Assembly: GCA_046292385.1 (NCBI GenBank)
Contig: JBKBRF010000021.1
Location: forward strand, 1-64,000
DNA length: 64,000 nucleotides
Source: Armatimonadota bacterium
GTDB taxonomy: Bacteria; Armatimonadota; SYMT01
Reading direction: 5' to 3'
Shown here: positions 1-10,569 of the stretch, piece by piece
Layout: each line of letters begins with the position of its first letter
Numbering within the stretch: the stretch's first letter is position 1
The notes under the pieces: model-generated
Told to the model about the DNA's origin: nothing
The model's database searches: none
What the model saw: only the letters and a program-made list of their open reading frames with translations
Position numbers and translations under genes: made by a program

Positions 1-30
1 GCGGGGCGGCGGGGGATGGGTCTCGGTCAT
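1..30 (-). CDS. possible 5' end of a gene running off the window
   Basis: Minus strand reads GAAGGATACC-ATG (RBS-like plus start at 30), open to position 1. Confidence 0.35.
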   Translation of the reverse strand, partial: MTETHPPPPR

Positions 31-126
31 GGTATCCTTCCAGATATGCGTCCCCCGTTGGGGGGGGATGTCCCGCCGCCACCGCTAGAAGGGTCGCGGG
101 GCTTCCGCAAGGCGTCGCCGGGGGCT

Positions 127-1038
127 ATGGCGGCCCGTGGGCGGTCACTTTTTTCCCCCGCTCGCCCCCCCCTTCCCCCCGCGGAGCGGGAGCGGCGAAT
201 TCAGGAGATCAACCGGCTGGTCGGCTACGCGCACCAGGCTTACCGGCGCGGCCAGCTTCGTGACGCGCGCCGGTACTGCGACCAGGCGCTGGCGCTGGGA
301 CGCTCCGGAGCCGCCTACGAGCTGCTGGGGGATATCGCGCTGCGCCAGGACCGCGCCGCCGACGCGGTGCGCCACTACACGATCGCGGCGCAGTTGATGC
401 CGAGCCCCGGGCTGGTGATGTCGAAGCTGAACCGCGCTGCCGCTCGCGCCGCGCAGATCGGCGGCCGGGACTACGATCTCTCGCAGCTCGGCGTGCGCAG
501 GGCCCCACAGCAGGCGAACCGCCGCTTCTACCAGCTTTCGCTCTCCTGCTTCGGCGTGGCGGTCGTGCTGCTGCTGGCGTTCCTCGCCGCCGCCTTCCAG
601 GGAGAGCCGCTGGGATGGCCGATCCTGGGCACCTGGAGCCTCTACCAGCTCGTCTTCATGAGCCTGGCGGGAGTCGTTTCCGGGGCGCTGCTGGCGGCAG
701 TCGCCTGGATCCGCCCGATCGACCAGGAGCTGCTCTTCCCCGCCGCCGGCTCCTCTCGCCGGGGGATCTCCCTCGGCCTGCTCACCATTCCGCTCGCCTT
801 CCTCTTCTTTCCCGCCGCGGTGATCATCTACGTGGTGGCAGGCAGCATCCGCGGCACAATCTCCAACTCCGTGCTCGTCGTCTTCGCGGTCGCCACCGCC
901 GTCGCGTTCGCCTTCATGCTGGTGGTGCCGGACGTCGCCAAGACCGAGACGCTGATGTTCGGCGGCAACATCGTCTTTCTCACGATGCTGTTCGGCTGGC
1001 TGATCGGCGACCTCTTCCGGCCGGACTGGGTGCCATGA
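127..1038 (+). CDS. TPR-containing integral membrane protein
   Basis: TPR-like helices (AYELLGDIALRQDRAADAVRHY) followed by about 6 hydrophobic segments; start uncertain. Confidence 0.7.
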   Translation: MAARGRSLFSPARPPLPPAERERRIQEINRLVGYAHQAYRRGQLRDARRYCDQALALGRSGAAYELLGDIALRQDRAADAVRHYTIAAQLMPSPGLVMSKLNRAAARAAQIGGRDYDLSQLGVRRAPQQANRRFYQLSLSCFGVAVVLLLAFLAAAFQGEPLGWPILGTWSLYQLVFMSLAGVVSGALLAAVAWIRPIDQELLFPAAGSSRRGISLGLLTIPLAFLFFPAAVIIYVVAGSIRGTISNSVLVVFAVATAVAFAFMLVVPDVAKTETLMFGGNIVFLTMLFGWLIGDLFRPDWVP

Positions 1039-1292
1039 CACGCTCGAAGTGTAATAAAAGGAGATGTCTTGAGGGATGAGGGCGGAAGGATAAGGGACGA
1101 ATTCCGCACCCCTGGCACGTGAGAGCCAACAGCGTGCCGGAAAGCTGCTCCGCCTCGGCTAGCCTCTGGAGAAAGAGAAGGAGAACGAGAAGGAGTAGGA
1201 GCCTGAGCCCGATTGGCTGGTCATCCCCCTATCCCCAGCTATCCCCCTGATCTCCCTTGTTACACATCTGGCGGTGCGCAGATCGACCTGGG

Positions 1293-2627
1293 CTACGGCA
1301 GCCGCACCTCGGGTGTTGGGACGGGGAGATCCGCGCGGCGCTCGCGCCAGGTGCGCGGCTTCATGTCGCCGAGCCACGGCTGCAGGATCTTCCGGTCGAG
1401 GTCGATCTCCGTCACCGCGAACGGCCGCTGCTTCGTCGCCTCCGTCAGCACCTCACCGTCCGGCGCCACCACGAACGACTTCATGTCGTAGCTGGAGGAG
1501 ACGAGGTACGCGTGGTTCTCGATGGCCCGGGCGCGCGTGACGATCTCGCTGCCGCCCCAGATCGGGAGCAGGAGCAGCTCCGCGCCCTTGGCGGCCATCG
1601 CCCGGGACGGCTCCGGAAACTGCACGTCCCAGCAGATGATCAGGCCGACGCGCCCGAAGTCGGTGTCGAACACCGGGTAGTCGTTCCCGGGGGTGAGGCC
1701 GGCGTCCACTTCCTCCCGCGGCAGGTGCGTCTTGCGGTACTTCCCCACCAGCTCGCCGCCGCGGCCGATCAGGACCGCCGTGTTGTAGATCACCGGTCCC
1801 TCGCGCTCGTAGAGCCCGCCGACCACGTACGACCCCAGCCGCTTCGCCAGGGCTGCCAGGCGCTGCGTGGTGGGGCCCGGGACCGGCTCCGCCACCTCCG
1901 CGTAGCTTTTGCCGGTGCCGACCACACTCACGCCCTCCGGCAGGCAGACGATGTCCGGCTTCTCCTCCGCGCCCGCCTCTACGGTCCGGCAGAACGCCTC
2001 CACACTGCCGGCGGCCGATCCGGTCCCGTGCGGGCGGAGGTAGACGGTGCCGACGCGGACCTTCCGCCGCGGCGACGCGGCCTCGGCGTCGAGGCGCACG
2101 TCATCCCACCAGACGCGTCCCCCGGGCGCCCAGCGGAGGCCGAGCTCGATGCGCACCGCGGCGGCCTTCTCCGGGGCGGCGGCGCGGTGGCGGACTTCCG
2201 TCCAGCCGCGCCCGTTTCCGGCTTCCAGCACGTAGTCGGGCGCCCGGAGACTGCGGCCGGCGTCGTCAAGCCACTCGAGCCGCGCGTAGACCTGCTGCTG
2301 CGGGTGCGCCACCTTCTCCACGCGGTAGCGCGCGGAGAACGCGTACGGCTCACCCGCGCGAATGCCAACTACCTCCCGCCGCCAGGCGCCGACCTCCGCC
2401 GGGTGCGAGCACTCGATTTCCAGGGAGCCGTCGCCGCTCCGTGAGACGGTGAATCGCGGCGAGATCTCCTCTCGCGGGGTCCAGGTGCTCCAGCCCTCCG
2501 GCATCCGGTTCTCCGCAGCCGGGAAAGCCTGGAAGCGTGCCACGCTCCGCCCCTGGCTCGCCTGCAGCGTTATCGTCGCGGCGCTGAGGATGGTGCAGGC
2601 AGCTGTGATTAGTAGAATGCGTCTCAT
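1293..2627 (-). CDS. secreted carbon-nitrogen hydrolase (nitrilase family) with N-terminal CBM-like domain
   Basis: Signal peptide; motifs CLPE, YRKTHL, IICWD. Confidence 0.9.
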   Translation of the reverse strand: MRRILLITAACTILSAATITLQASQGRSVARFQAFPAAENRMPEGWSTWTPREEISPRFTVSRSGDGSLEIECSHPAEVGAWRREVVGIRAGEPYAFSARYRVEKVAHPQQQVYARLEWLDDAGRSLRAPDYVLEAGNGRGWTEVRHRAAAPEKAAAVRIELGLRWAPGGRVWWDDVRLDAEAASPRRKVRVGTVYLRPHGTGSAAGSVEAFCRTVEAGAEEKPDIVCLPEGVSVVGTGKSYAEVAEPVPGPTTQRLAALAKRLGSYVVGGLYEREGPVIYNTAVLIGRGGELVGKYRKTHLPREEVDAGLTPGNDYPVFDTDFGRVGLIICWDVQFPEPSRAMAAKGAELLLLPIWGGSEIVTRARAIENHAYLVSSSYDMKSFVVAPDGEVLTEATKQRPFAVTEIDLDRKILQPWLGDMKPRTWRERRADLPVPTPEVRLP

Positions 2628-2689
2628 CCACTCCTCCTCGCACGGAAGTTCGTTAGATCGGCTCCGCCCTCAGCGGGCGGTCGAAAGGC

Positions 2690-2905
2690 CTACCAGTTGC
2701 GGTTGTGACACGTGGCGATCCTCTTGAGAAAGAGCTGATGCAGCTCTTGCTCCGAGAGGTCGGGAAAGCGCTCCCGAAGGCCCCGCCGGAAGAGCTCGCG
2801 GGTCATCTCCGACAGCTCAAATGCTTTGAGCAATCGCTGCTCGGGCGTCATGCGCCGCAGCGCTTCAAGGTAGATCCGATGGTTCCGGCGCGGCTTCGGG
2901 TCCAT
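2690..2905 (-). CDS. small helical hypothetical protein
   Basis: MDPKPRRNHRIYLEALRRMTPEQRLLKAFELSE; protein-like composition. Confidence 0.7.
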   Translation of the reverse strand: MDPKPRRNHRIYLEALRRMTPEQRLLKAFELSEMTRELFRRGLRERFPDLSEQELHQLFLKRIATCHNRNW

Positions 2906-4346
2906 TTGTCGGGAGCCTTTCATGAGTCACTGCTCCGGCGCGCGCCGGGTTTCCTCCCGTGCCCGCGGATCTGCGCCGTCTGCGAGGGCTCGTGAGCGCG
3001 GCGGCGAGCACCGCCAGGAGCGCCGCATACGCCAGCCAGTCGCCGGTGTGGGAGAAGAAGGTCCCGCGGCCCGTGCCGACGGGGACGTCGGCGACCAGCA
3101 GCGCGGGGGCGAAGAGCGGCCCTTCCGCCACGATCCGGCCGTCCGGAGCGACGATCTGGGACAGCCCGTTGGAGTCGCTGCGCACGAAAGCGACCCCGTT
3201 TTCGGCGGCGCGGAACGGCAGGATGGCGGAGTGCAGGTAGTGCAGCATCCCGCCGGTCACCGGCGGGTCGAAGTTCGGCAGGGCGATCAGGCGGGCCCCC
3301 TGCAGCGCGAGCGAGCGGGTCACCCCGGTGAAGCAGCTATCGAAGCAGATCTCCACCCCGAGACGGCCGAGGCGGGTCTCCAGCGCTCGGGCTTCCCGGC
3401 CCGGTTGGGTGCTCCGCCGCTCCCCGAGGAAGAGGTGGATCTTCTGGTGACTGCCGACCACCTTTCCGGCCGGATCGATCAGCGCCGCGAGGTTCCGCCC
3501 CTTCGGAAAGGCCGGCTCCAGGTATCCGACCACCAGGTGCGCGCCGGTCTCCCGCGCCAGGTCTCCCATCTCCGCCGGCTCTGCCGGATCGAACCCGGTC
3601 CCGAGCGACATCTCGGACCAGACCACGAGCCGCGCCCCGTCCTCGGCGGCCCGGCGCGTCATCGCGTGCGGATCCGCGGCGGGCAGGTCGACCGCCAGGT
3701 TACCGGCGAGGTGGCCGACCTCCGCCGCCACGCAGTCTTGCACCGCGGCCACCCGGAGCGTCTCCGTCGCCCGGGCGGGAAGCATTCCGACCAGCGCGGC
3801 CAGCAGCACGGCACCGAGTGACCCGGCCAGGACGGGGCTGCGGAAGCTGCGTTTCAGGAAGGCGTCCGCGAAGGCGGCGTTGACCAGCCAGACGAGGGCG
3901 GAGACCCCCCAGATGCCGGTGTACGCGGTAATCCAGAGCAGCGGCTCCGCGCGGTACTGCGTGAGCGCCAGGTTGAGGGGGATCGGCGCAAAGGTGGTCA
4001 GCCACTCCAGCGAGAGCGCGGCGGCGGCCACGTAGCCGGCCCACGCGCCGCCGTCCCACCGCTGCCGGGCGCGGCCGGCCAGGAGCGTAACCCCCGCCAG
4101 GAGCACCGCCAGGAGGAGGAACGGGACCTCGATGTACCGGTGCACGGCGCCGCAGGTGATCCCGGCCACCAGCCCGAGGCCGATGGCGTGGAGCGGACGC
4201 TGCTTGGGGGCGGCGGCCAGCAGCGGCGCCAGCGCGATCCACGCCACCCATCCCTGGTCGAAGGGACGGAGACTGAAGGCGAGAAGAATGCCGGAAAGTG
4301 CGGCGAGGCCGAGCGCGGCGAAGCCCTGCAGGATCGGGTTCATCAC
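2865..4346 (-). CDS. lnt: apolipoprotein N-acyltransferase-like protein
   Basis: N-terminal TM segments, then CN-hydrolase domain (VWSE, HQKIHL, EICFD, FRAAEN, GDW). Confidence 0.8.
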   Translation of the reverse strand: MMNPILQGFAALGLAALSGILLAFSLRPFDQGWVAWIALAPLLAAAPKQRPLHAIGLGLVAGITCGAVHRYIEVPFLLLAVLLAGVTLLAGRARQRWDGGAWAGYVAAAALSLEWLTTFAPIPLNLALTQYRAEPLLWITAYTGIWGVSALVWLVNAAFADAFLKRSFRSPVLAGSLGAVLLAALVGMLPARATETLRVAAVQDCVAAEVGHLAGNLAVDLPAADPHAMTRRAAEDGARLVVWSEMSLGTGFDPAEPAEMGDLARETGAHLVVGYLEPAFPKGRNLAALIDPAGKVVGSHQKIHLFLGERRSTQPGREARALETRLGRLGVEICFDSCFTGVTRSLALQGARLIALPNFDPPVTGGMLHYLHSAILPFRAAENGVAFVRSDSNGLSQIVAPDGRIVAEGPLFAPALLVADVPVGTGRGTFFSHTGDWLAYAALLAVLAAALTSPRRRRRSAGTGGNPARAGAVTHERLPTNGPEAAPEPSDLP

Positions 4347-4427
4347 GGCGGCTCCCGCGCCGGTCCGGCGCTGAAACGATGGCGGCGGGCGAGGCCGAAT
4401 AGACCTCGCCCGCCAGACCGCGTCTTG

Positions 4428-5324
4428 CTAGCTCTGGAAGCGCTCCAGGAGCTTCTTGGTCAGGAGGATGCCCTCCGCTTCGGAGTGCTTGCTGCCTTCG
4501 TACTCGATCCCGACGTAGCCCTTGTAGCCGGCGTCGAACACGATCTGCATCATGCGCTCGTAGTCGGTCTTCACCTCGTTGCCCTGCGCGTCGAACTCGT
4601 GCGACTTGGCGCTCACGCCGTGGGCGTACGGCATCATCTTCTTCACGCCTTCGTACCGGTCGTAGTCGTAGAAGTTGCCGAAGTCCGGCAGCGTGCCGAA
4701 GTAGGGGGAGTTGACCTTCTTCATCACGCCGACCAGCCAGTCCGCGTTGGAGGAGAGGCCGCCGTGGTTCTCCACGATCACCGCAATCTTGCTCTTGGCG
4801 CCGTACTCCGCCAGTCGGGTGGCGCTCTCGGCCACGCGGTCGGAGACCTCCTCCGGCGTGCCCTTGCCCGCGGCGTTGACGCGGATGGCATGGCAGCCGA
4901 GGAGCTTCGCGGCGTCGATCCACTTGATGTGGTTGTCGACCGCCTGGCTGCGCTTGGCCGCGTCGGCGTCTCCGAGCTCGCCTTCGCCGTCGCACATGAT
5001 CAGGACCGATTTCACGCCGTAGTCCTTGCAGCGCTTCTTCAGCTCCTTCAGGTAGGCCTCGTCGCGAGCCTTGTCCTTGAAGAACTGGTTCACGTACTCC
5101 ACCGCCTCGATTCCGAACTGCTCGCGGGCGGCCTTGGGGAAATCGAGGTTGTCGAGCTGCTTGCCGAACAGGGTTTTGTGAAGCGACCACTGCGCGAGCG
5201 AGATCTTGAACTTGCCCTTCGCGGCCTCGGCCGGCGTGGGGGTGAGGGCGGGCGCGAGGGCCGCGCCGGCGGCGGTCATGCCGGCCAGCCGCAGCATGCC
5301 GCGGCGATCGATTCTGCTGGACAT
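4428..5324 (-). CDS. Tat-exported sugar phosphate isomerase/epimerase (TIM barrel)
   Basis: IDRRGML Tat motif; [28 protein letters not shown]. Confidence 0.9.
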   Translation of the reverse strand: MSSRIDRRGMLRLAGMTAAGAALAPALTPTPAEAAKGKFKISLAQWSLHKTLFGKQLDNLDFPKAAREQFGIEAVEYVNQFFKDKARDEAYLKELKKRCKDYGVKSVLIMCDGEGELGDADAAKRSQAVDNHIKWIDAAKLLGCHAIRVNAAGKGTPEEVSDRVAESATRLAEYGAKSKIAVIVENHGGLSSNADWLVGVMKKVNSPYFGTLPDFGNFYDYDRYEGVKKMMPYAHGVSAKSHEFDAQGNEVKTDYERMMQIVFDAGYKGYVGIEYEGSKHSEAEGILLTKKLLERFQS

Positions 5325-5570
5325 AGGTTTCTCAACTCCGTGAGCTCTGGGAAGGACCCCGCACGCGCGGGCGCTCGGGGGCACGCGAGATTGCCGTTCG
5401 ACAAAGACCCGGGCGGCAGGGCATCGGCGCGCTGAGTTTTCGAGAGAATCTTCGGGATAGCGGCACGCTCTCCCTGCTCGGGGCACTTCAGTGCGTGGAA
5501 CGAGTTGAACGGGTAGAGTAGAGAGGAGCGGTTTCGCTCCCCAGGTCCGCTCCTCTCCACGGCACCAGCA

Positions 5571-6617
5571 ATGACGCCCGCTATCCTTTACGACGCACTC
5601 TACCTGGCGCACGACACCGGCCGCGGCCACCCGGAAACGGCCCGGCGCCTGCAGACGGTGGTCGACCTCCTCCGCGCGAGAGGTCTCTGGGAGCGGCTGG
5701 AGCATCTCGACCCGAAGCCCGCCTCGCGGGAGGCGCTGGAGGCGGTGCACGATCCGACCTACCTGGCGCTCCTGCGGCAGCGGTCGGCGCGCGGGGGCGG
5801 TACGCTCACGCCGGATACCACCTTCAGTCTGCACTCCTGGGATGCCGCGGTGCTGGCGGCCGGGGCGACCGTCGACGCCGTCGACGCGGTGCTCTCCGGC
5901 CGCTCGCCTTCCGCCTTCGCGCTGGTGCGCCCGCCGGGCCATCACGCCACGAGGGAGGAAGGGATGGGCTTCTGCCTGATCAACCACGTGGCGGTGGCGG
6001 CGCGGCACGCCGTGCGAGAGCGCGGCCTCTCCCGCGTGCTGGTGGTCGACTTCGACGTCCACCACGGCAACGGGACGCAGGACATCTTCTACGAAGATCC
6101 CTCCGTGCTCTATTTCTCCAGCCACCAGTACCCGGCCTATCCCGGCACGGGCGCACTGCCGGAGACGGGCCGCGGCGCGGGGGAGGGCGCCACGCTGAAC
6201 GTGCCGCTGCCGGAGCACACCGGGGACGCCGGCTACCTGCGCGTGATGCAGGAAGTGCTCGCCCCGGCGGCACGCCGCTTCCGGCCGGAGCTGATCCTCG
6301 TCTCCGCGGGGTACGACGCGCACTGGTCCAACACCCGCTACCTGAACTCGATCCGGATGGGAGTCACGGTCCGCGGCTTCGCGGCGTGGGTGGCGCTGCT
6401 GGCGGACCTGGCGCGGGAGCTTTGCGACGGGCGCCTGGCGTTTACCCTCGAGGGAGGGTACGACCAGGAAGCGCTGGCGTGGTCGGTCGACGCGACCTTC
6501 CGCGTGCTGCTGGGAGAGGAAGTGGAGGACCCGATCGGCCCGCCCCCGCCGCGGCCGGAGCCGGACGTCTCCCCCATCATCGAGGAGTGCCGGCGGCTGC
6601 ACCGGTTAGGGCCCTAA
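5571..6617 (+). CDS. histone deacetylase family protein
   Basis: [36 protein letters not shown]. Confidence 0.95.
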   Translation: MTPAILYDALYLAHDTGRGHPETARRLQTVVDLLRARGLWERLEHLDPKPASREALEAVHDPTYLALLRQRSARGGGTLTPDTTFSLHSWDAAVLAAGATVDAVDAVLSGRSPSAFALVRPPGHHATREEGMGFCLINHVAVAARHAVRERGLSRVLVVDFDVHHGNGTQDIFYEDPSVLYFSSHQYPAYPGTGALPETGRGAGEGATLNVPLPEHTGDAGYLRVMQEVLAPAARRFRPELILVSAGYDAHWSNTRYLNSIRMGVTVRGFAAWVALLADLARELCDGRLAFTLEGGYDQEALAWSVDATFRVLLGEEVEDPIGPPPPRPEPDVSPIIEECRRLHRLGP

Positions 6618-6870
6618 AGGCTAAAGGCAGAAGGCTAAAGGCTAAAGCCGAACCCTTCGTTAACGGAGAGTCTTGCTCCTGCTCTTACTCTTGCTCCTGC
6701 TCGCTGGCGACCTTCGGGGCTCCGGCACGACCTCGCCTATCAGGCTCGCTCAGTTCACCGGTTGCAGGGTCAGTACCGCGCCATCGCGAGCAGCTTCTCA
6801 AACCCGCCCACTCGCCCCACTCGAGAAGGGCCGCCCGGCGACCTGCGCCGGGCGATGCGGAGCCTGAGAG

Positions 6871-7737
6871 TTAGCCCAGCTTCTGCGGGCTCATCTGCTG
6901 GACGCAGATCAGCAGGTCCTGAAGGTTGGTGCCGCGGGCGTTGGTGCGGCCGTCCTTGACCTTGTTGACCATCCGCTCGAAGTGGTCCATCGCGTCCTTG
7001 TAATTGTAGCCGCGGGCCGCTCGCATCATCTGGATCGCCTTCCGCTTGTAGTTCTCCATCATCATGGAGAGCGGCATGCTGAAGTGCTCCAGCGATTCCT
7101 TGATCAGCGCCACGTGCTTGTCGTTCGCCTCGTGGAGCGCGTCGAGCACCATCTGGCTGAAGAAGTGGCAGTGCCGCGCCTCGTCCTGCGAGAGCTTGGC
7201 GAGGACGGAGCGCAGGATCGGCTCGTCCACGTTCTGGCGCAGGCAGGAGTAGAAGAGCTGCGTCGCCTTCTCCTGGAGCGAGGTGTAGGTGAAGAGCTGC
7301 GTCGGGTCGTCGTGCGGGGCGATGTACTGCTTCTTGCACTCCGCCACCATCAGGTCGGTCAGCGCCTTGTCGTCCCGCAGCCCGGAGTTCCGGAGCCACA
7401 GCTCCAGCACGTGGGCGTGCCGGTCTTCCTCCGCCACCCACCGGAAGACGAAGTGGAGCATCTGGCGGCAGGTCCAGGCTTCTTCGTCGGTGCGGCTCTC
7501 GTCGACCATGAAGATGCGGATGTACTCGGACCCGTAGCCGGGGATGTGGTCTTCCACCAGCATCGCCGTCTCCACGGCGCCCACGTGCAGGTCCTTCAGC
7601 CCGCTGGCGTGGATGCTATCCTTCAGGCTCGACCAGTCGAAGTCCGTGAAGCGGTTGTAACCGACATTATCGTTCGACCGGAGGTAGTCGGTGACGTGCT
7701 TATCCAGGCGTACCAGCGCCGGGCTCTCATTAACCAT
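6871..7737 (-). CDS. acyl-ACP desaturase family (ferritin-like di-iron) protein
   Basis: Di-iron motifs WVAEEDRH, QEKAT, DEARH. Confidence 0.85.
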   Translation of the reverse strand: MVNESPALVRLDKHVTDYLRSNDNVGYNRFTDFDWSSLKDSIHASGLKDLHVGAVETAMLVEDHIPGYGSEYIRIFMVDESRTDEEAWTCRQMLHFVFRWVAEEDRHAHVLELWLRNSGLRDDKALTDLMVAECKKQYIAPHDDPTQLFTYTSLQEKATQLFYSCLRQNVDEPILRSVLAKLSQDEARHCHFFSQMVLDALHEANDKHVALIKESLEHFSMPLSMMMENYKRKAIQMMRAARGYNYKDAMDHFERMVNKVKDGRTNARGTNLQDLLICVQQMSPQKLG

Positions 7738-7899
7738 CAATCACACCTCGACTGCACAGGGCCGTGGGGAACGGCCGAAACCGCCATAGTATATCCCGAC
7801 CGCCAATCCGTTAAAAGCATGCGGGAGGAAGCCTCCTCCCCCACCGCCTAACAGGTTACCCGTTTTATAGGTCGGTATTCCGCTGTATCGGGGGGTAGG

Positions 7900-8331
7900 A
7901 TGCGCCGCGAGAAGATTGATAATCAGGTCGTTCCGGGGTGTGGGTTCCATCATGTCGCGATCCGCACCGCCAATTGGGAGCGCAGCCTGCAGTTCTGGCA
8001 GGAAGGCATGGGCTTCCACCTGGCGGTGCAGTGGGGCGAAGCGCCCCGCCGCGCGTGCATGCTCGACACCGGCGACGGGAACTACCTGGAGATCTTCGAG
8101 CGCGACCCGCTTCCGGCCGGCTCCACGGGCGAGGGCTCCATCCTCCACTTCTGCTTCCGCACCGACGACTGCGATGCCGCCCTGGAGCGGGCGCGCGCCG
8201 CGGGCGCCGTGGTGACGAAGGAGCCGACCTCGCTCGCGCTCTTCGGCGAGCCGAAGATTCCGATCCGGATCGCTTTCCTTACCGGTCCCGATGGGGAGAT
8301 CTGCGAGCTATTCCAGAACGAAGTGCTCTAA
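7900..8331 (+). CDS. VOC/glyoxalase family protein
   Basis: FHHVAIR, YLEIF, LHFCF, GPDGEICELF. Confidence 0.9.
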   Translation: MRREKIDNQVVPGCGFHHVAIRTANWERSLQFWQEGMGFHLAVQWGEAPRRACMLDTGDGNYLEIFERDPLPAGSTGEGSILHFCFRTDDCDAALERARAAGAVVTKEPTSLALFGEPKIPIRIAFLTGPDGEICELFQNEVL

Positions 8332-8512
8332 CACTGCCGGATCGAGCGCTCGCTTGCTCTCCATCGGTTCTGAAGACGCGGAGGCGAGGGGGCCGCGTCG
8401 CGCACGATTCGGAGACCGGCTCCCCCGCTGTCGGGGATAGGGATTCAACTCGACGCGCAATCTCCCCTCAAACCGGGGACACTACTCGTGACGGACGCAA
8501 GAGGAGAGATCG

Positions 8513-8824
8513 ATGGCACTGAACGACGCTCGCACTACGAAGCCACCGTCTTCTTGGGAGCTGGCGTTCGCCGCCTGGCGCCAGGCGGAGGCGGCCTGGG
8601 AGTTGGCCCGCGACAAGCGGGACCACGCCGAAGAACACTGGCGAGAGGCTGAAGTGGCGTGGGCAGAGGCGAGGCGCGCGTGGGACCACGCCATCCAGGC
8701 GTTCGCGCTAGCGCGTTCGGATCGGTTCGAGGCGGACGTGGAATACGAAGGCGCCGAGGCGGCATGGCAGCAAGCGCGATCGGACGCCGAGACTGACACC
8801 GCAGCACCACCTCGGGAGCGATGA
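8513..8824 (+). CDS. hypothetical Trp/Ala heptad-repeat protein
   Basis: GAGGAG RBS upstream; strict 7-residue periodicity. Confidence 0.7.
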   Translation: MALNDARTTKPPSSWELAFAAWRQAEAAWELARDKRDHAEEHWREAEVAWAEARRAWDHAIQAFALARSDRFEADVEYEGAEAAWQQARSDAETDTAAPPRER

Positions 8825-8919
8825 GCTTACCGGCAGAGGTGCGGCGCTCATCCCCAGACGTGCCGAGGCCTCTGCCCGCTCGGTCAGGCGGGCGGGCGAT
8901 TGACTCCGCGGCGCCGGCT

Positions 8920-9618
8920 TTAGCCGATTGGCACCACGAAGCGCAGCATCACCACGAAGTGGCAGGCACTGCCGCCCAGCACGAAGAGATGCCAGAGCTC
9001 ATGCGAGCTGAACACGCCCGGCCACATGCGGGGTCGTTCCAGCGCGAAGACCACCGCCCCGATGGTGTACACCAGGCCGCCGGCAAAGAGCCAGCCCATC
9101 GCGGCCGGAGGTAGAGCACTCCCGAGCGGCTCCAGGGCTACGACGCAGAGCCAGCCCATGAGGAGGTAGAGCGCCACCGGGAGCCACGCCGGGGCGCCGC
9201 GCCAGGCGACGCGTAAGACGATGCCGACCACCGCGATACCCCAGACCACACTGAGAAGGCCCCAGCCCCACGGTCCGCGCAGCGGCACCAGGCAGAGCGG
9301 CGTGTAGGTTCCGGCGATCAGGAGGTAGATGGCGACCTGGTCGAACATCAAGAGCCGGCCGATGCGCTGCGGACAGCCGTGGAGGGAGTGGTAGAGAGTG
9401 CTCGCGCTGAAGAGCGCCACGAGGCTGGTTCCATACACCGTAAAGCCGATCACGTGCCACGGCTTACCGGCGGACGCCAGCCAGAGTAGGATCAAGCCGG
9501 CGAGGGAGAGCAGCACCCCGGCCAGGTGTGAGAGCCCATTGAACGGCTCCCGGATCCGGCAGCGCTCGCGCACCGTGTTGCAGGCGTTCTCGGCCGCCAG
9601 TCTCGCTCGCCCGTGCAT
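8920..9618 (-). CDS. hemolysin III / PAQR (TrhA) family membrane protein
   Basis: STLYH, IYLLIAGTYTP, HELWHLFVLGG. Confidence 0.92.
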   Translation of the reverse strand: MHGRARLAAENACNTVRERCRIREPFNGLSHLAGVLLSLAGLILLWLASAGKPWHVIGFTVYGTSLVALFSASTLYHSLHGCPQRIGRLLMFDQVAIYLLIAGTYTPLCLVPLRGPWGWGLLSVVWGIAVVGIVLRVAWRGAPAWLPVALYLLMGWLCVVALEPLGSALPPAAMGWLFAGGLVYTIGAVVFALERPRMWPGVFSSHELWHLFVLGGSACHFVVMLRFVVPIG

Positions 9619-9803
9619 AGTCAGTCCCTCGATGGTATCGCGCGTGCTGGCAAGTCGCTGCCCCTTTACCCAGCTTACCTGCGCCCGGCGCGCTCGAAAC
9701 CGCCGTTGGGACCTTCACGGCGGACGGGCCCACCATTCGGGCTGGTGAAGTCAAGCTGCAGTTGAGCTCCGCGGGACCACTGCGGGATCCCAGCTGTGAT
9801 GAA

Positions 9804-9835
9804 AGAAGGCCCGTGCCGCGCGGCACGGGCCTTCT
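9804..9835 (-). terminator. intrinsic terminator after RRM gene
   Basis: AGAAGGCCCGTGCCG/CGGCACGGGCCTTCT inverted repeat with short T run on minus strand. Confidence 0.75.
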
Positions 9836-9859
9836 AATCCCAAATCGGGAGTACCTAGC

Positions 9860-10159
9860 TTACCAGCGACCGCGGCTGCCGCCGCCATTGCCGCCGGAGT
9901 AGCCGCCACTGCTGCGCTCCGGCCGCGGGCGAGCCTCGTTGACGTTCAGGGCACGTCCGTCGAGCTCTTTGCCGTTCAGGGCGGAGATCGCCGGGCTCAT
10001 CTGGTCCGCGGCGACTTCGATGAACCCGAAGCCCTTGCTGCGGCCGTCATGATCGGTCGGAATCGTCGCGCCCTCCCCGCTGTACGGGGCGAACATCCGC
10101 TGCAGATCCGCCTCGGTCGTGTTGAACGAAAGGTTGCCGACGAATAGTCTCTTACTCAT
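9860..10159 (-). CDS. RNA recognition motif (RRM) RNA-binding protein with Gly-rich tail
   Basis: RNP2 LFVGNL, RNP1 KGFGFIEV, LNVNEARPR. Confidence 0.95.
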   Translation of the reverse strand: MSKRLFVGNLSFNTTEADLQRMFAPYSGEGATIPTDHDGRSKGFGFIEVAADQMSPAISALNGKELDGRALNVNEARPRPERSSGGYSGGNGGGSRGRW

Positions 10160-10271
10160 AGGGGTTTCCACCTCCGGACGGCCGTGAAGTCGACCGGAGT
10201 AACAGGCGGCTCATCCTGAGCCATAAGGGTCCAAACAGAGGGGGTCCGTCGGCGGGTCTGTAGCAGAAGGC

Positions 10272-10318
10272 AAACAAAAAGGCCCTCCCGGTGCGAATAG
10301 AGCACTGATGGGACGGCC
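10272..10318 (-). terminator. terminator-like hairpin in the 5' leader of RRM gene 1
   Basis: GGCCGTCCC...GGGAGGGCC followed by TTTTTGTTT on minus strand. Confidence 0.6.
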
Positions 10319-10368
10319 GCTTTCCGAACGATAATGCGCTACGAACTCTATCTGAAGTTGACGTTTTT

Positions 10369-10397
10369 ACTCTACCAGATCTCGGAACGAATTGCAA
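10369..10397 (-). promoter_or_regulatory. sigma70-type promoter of RRM gene 1
   Basis: TTGCAA-17 bp-TAGAGT. Confidence 0.65.
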
Positions 10398-10569
10398 TCT
10401 TTCCCTTCCCGCGGTGCGATCTCGTGAGCCCCCGGCGCTCCCACAACCCGCTTCGGTGCCGTAAAGCCGAGGGGCCTCGCTGCCCCCGCGGCCCGGACGC
10501 GAGGCTCCCCTCACGAGAAGCCTCGCGTCACCGGTCCGGGTGGTCCGACCTATGCTCGTGCTGGCCGGC

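Noticed and set aside
5325..6602. N-terminal extension of the 724-aa ORF 4428-6602
   Set aside because: It is antisense to the deacetylase gene; the real start is the Tat signal at 5324.
9650..9800. Possible riboswitch upstream of the hemolysin III gene
   Set aside because: No recognisable aptamer consensus or convincing stems.
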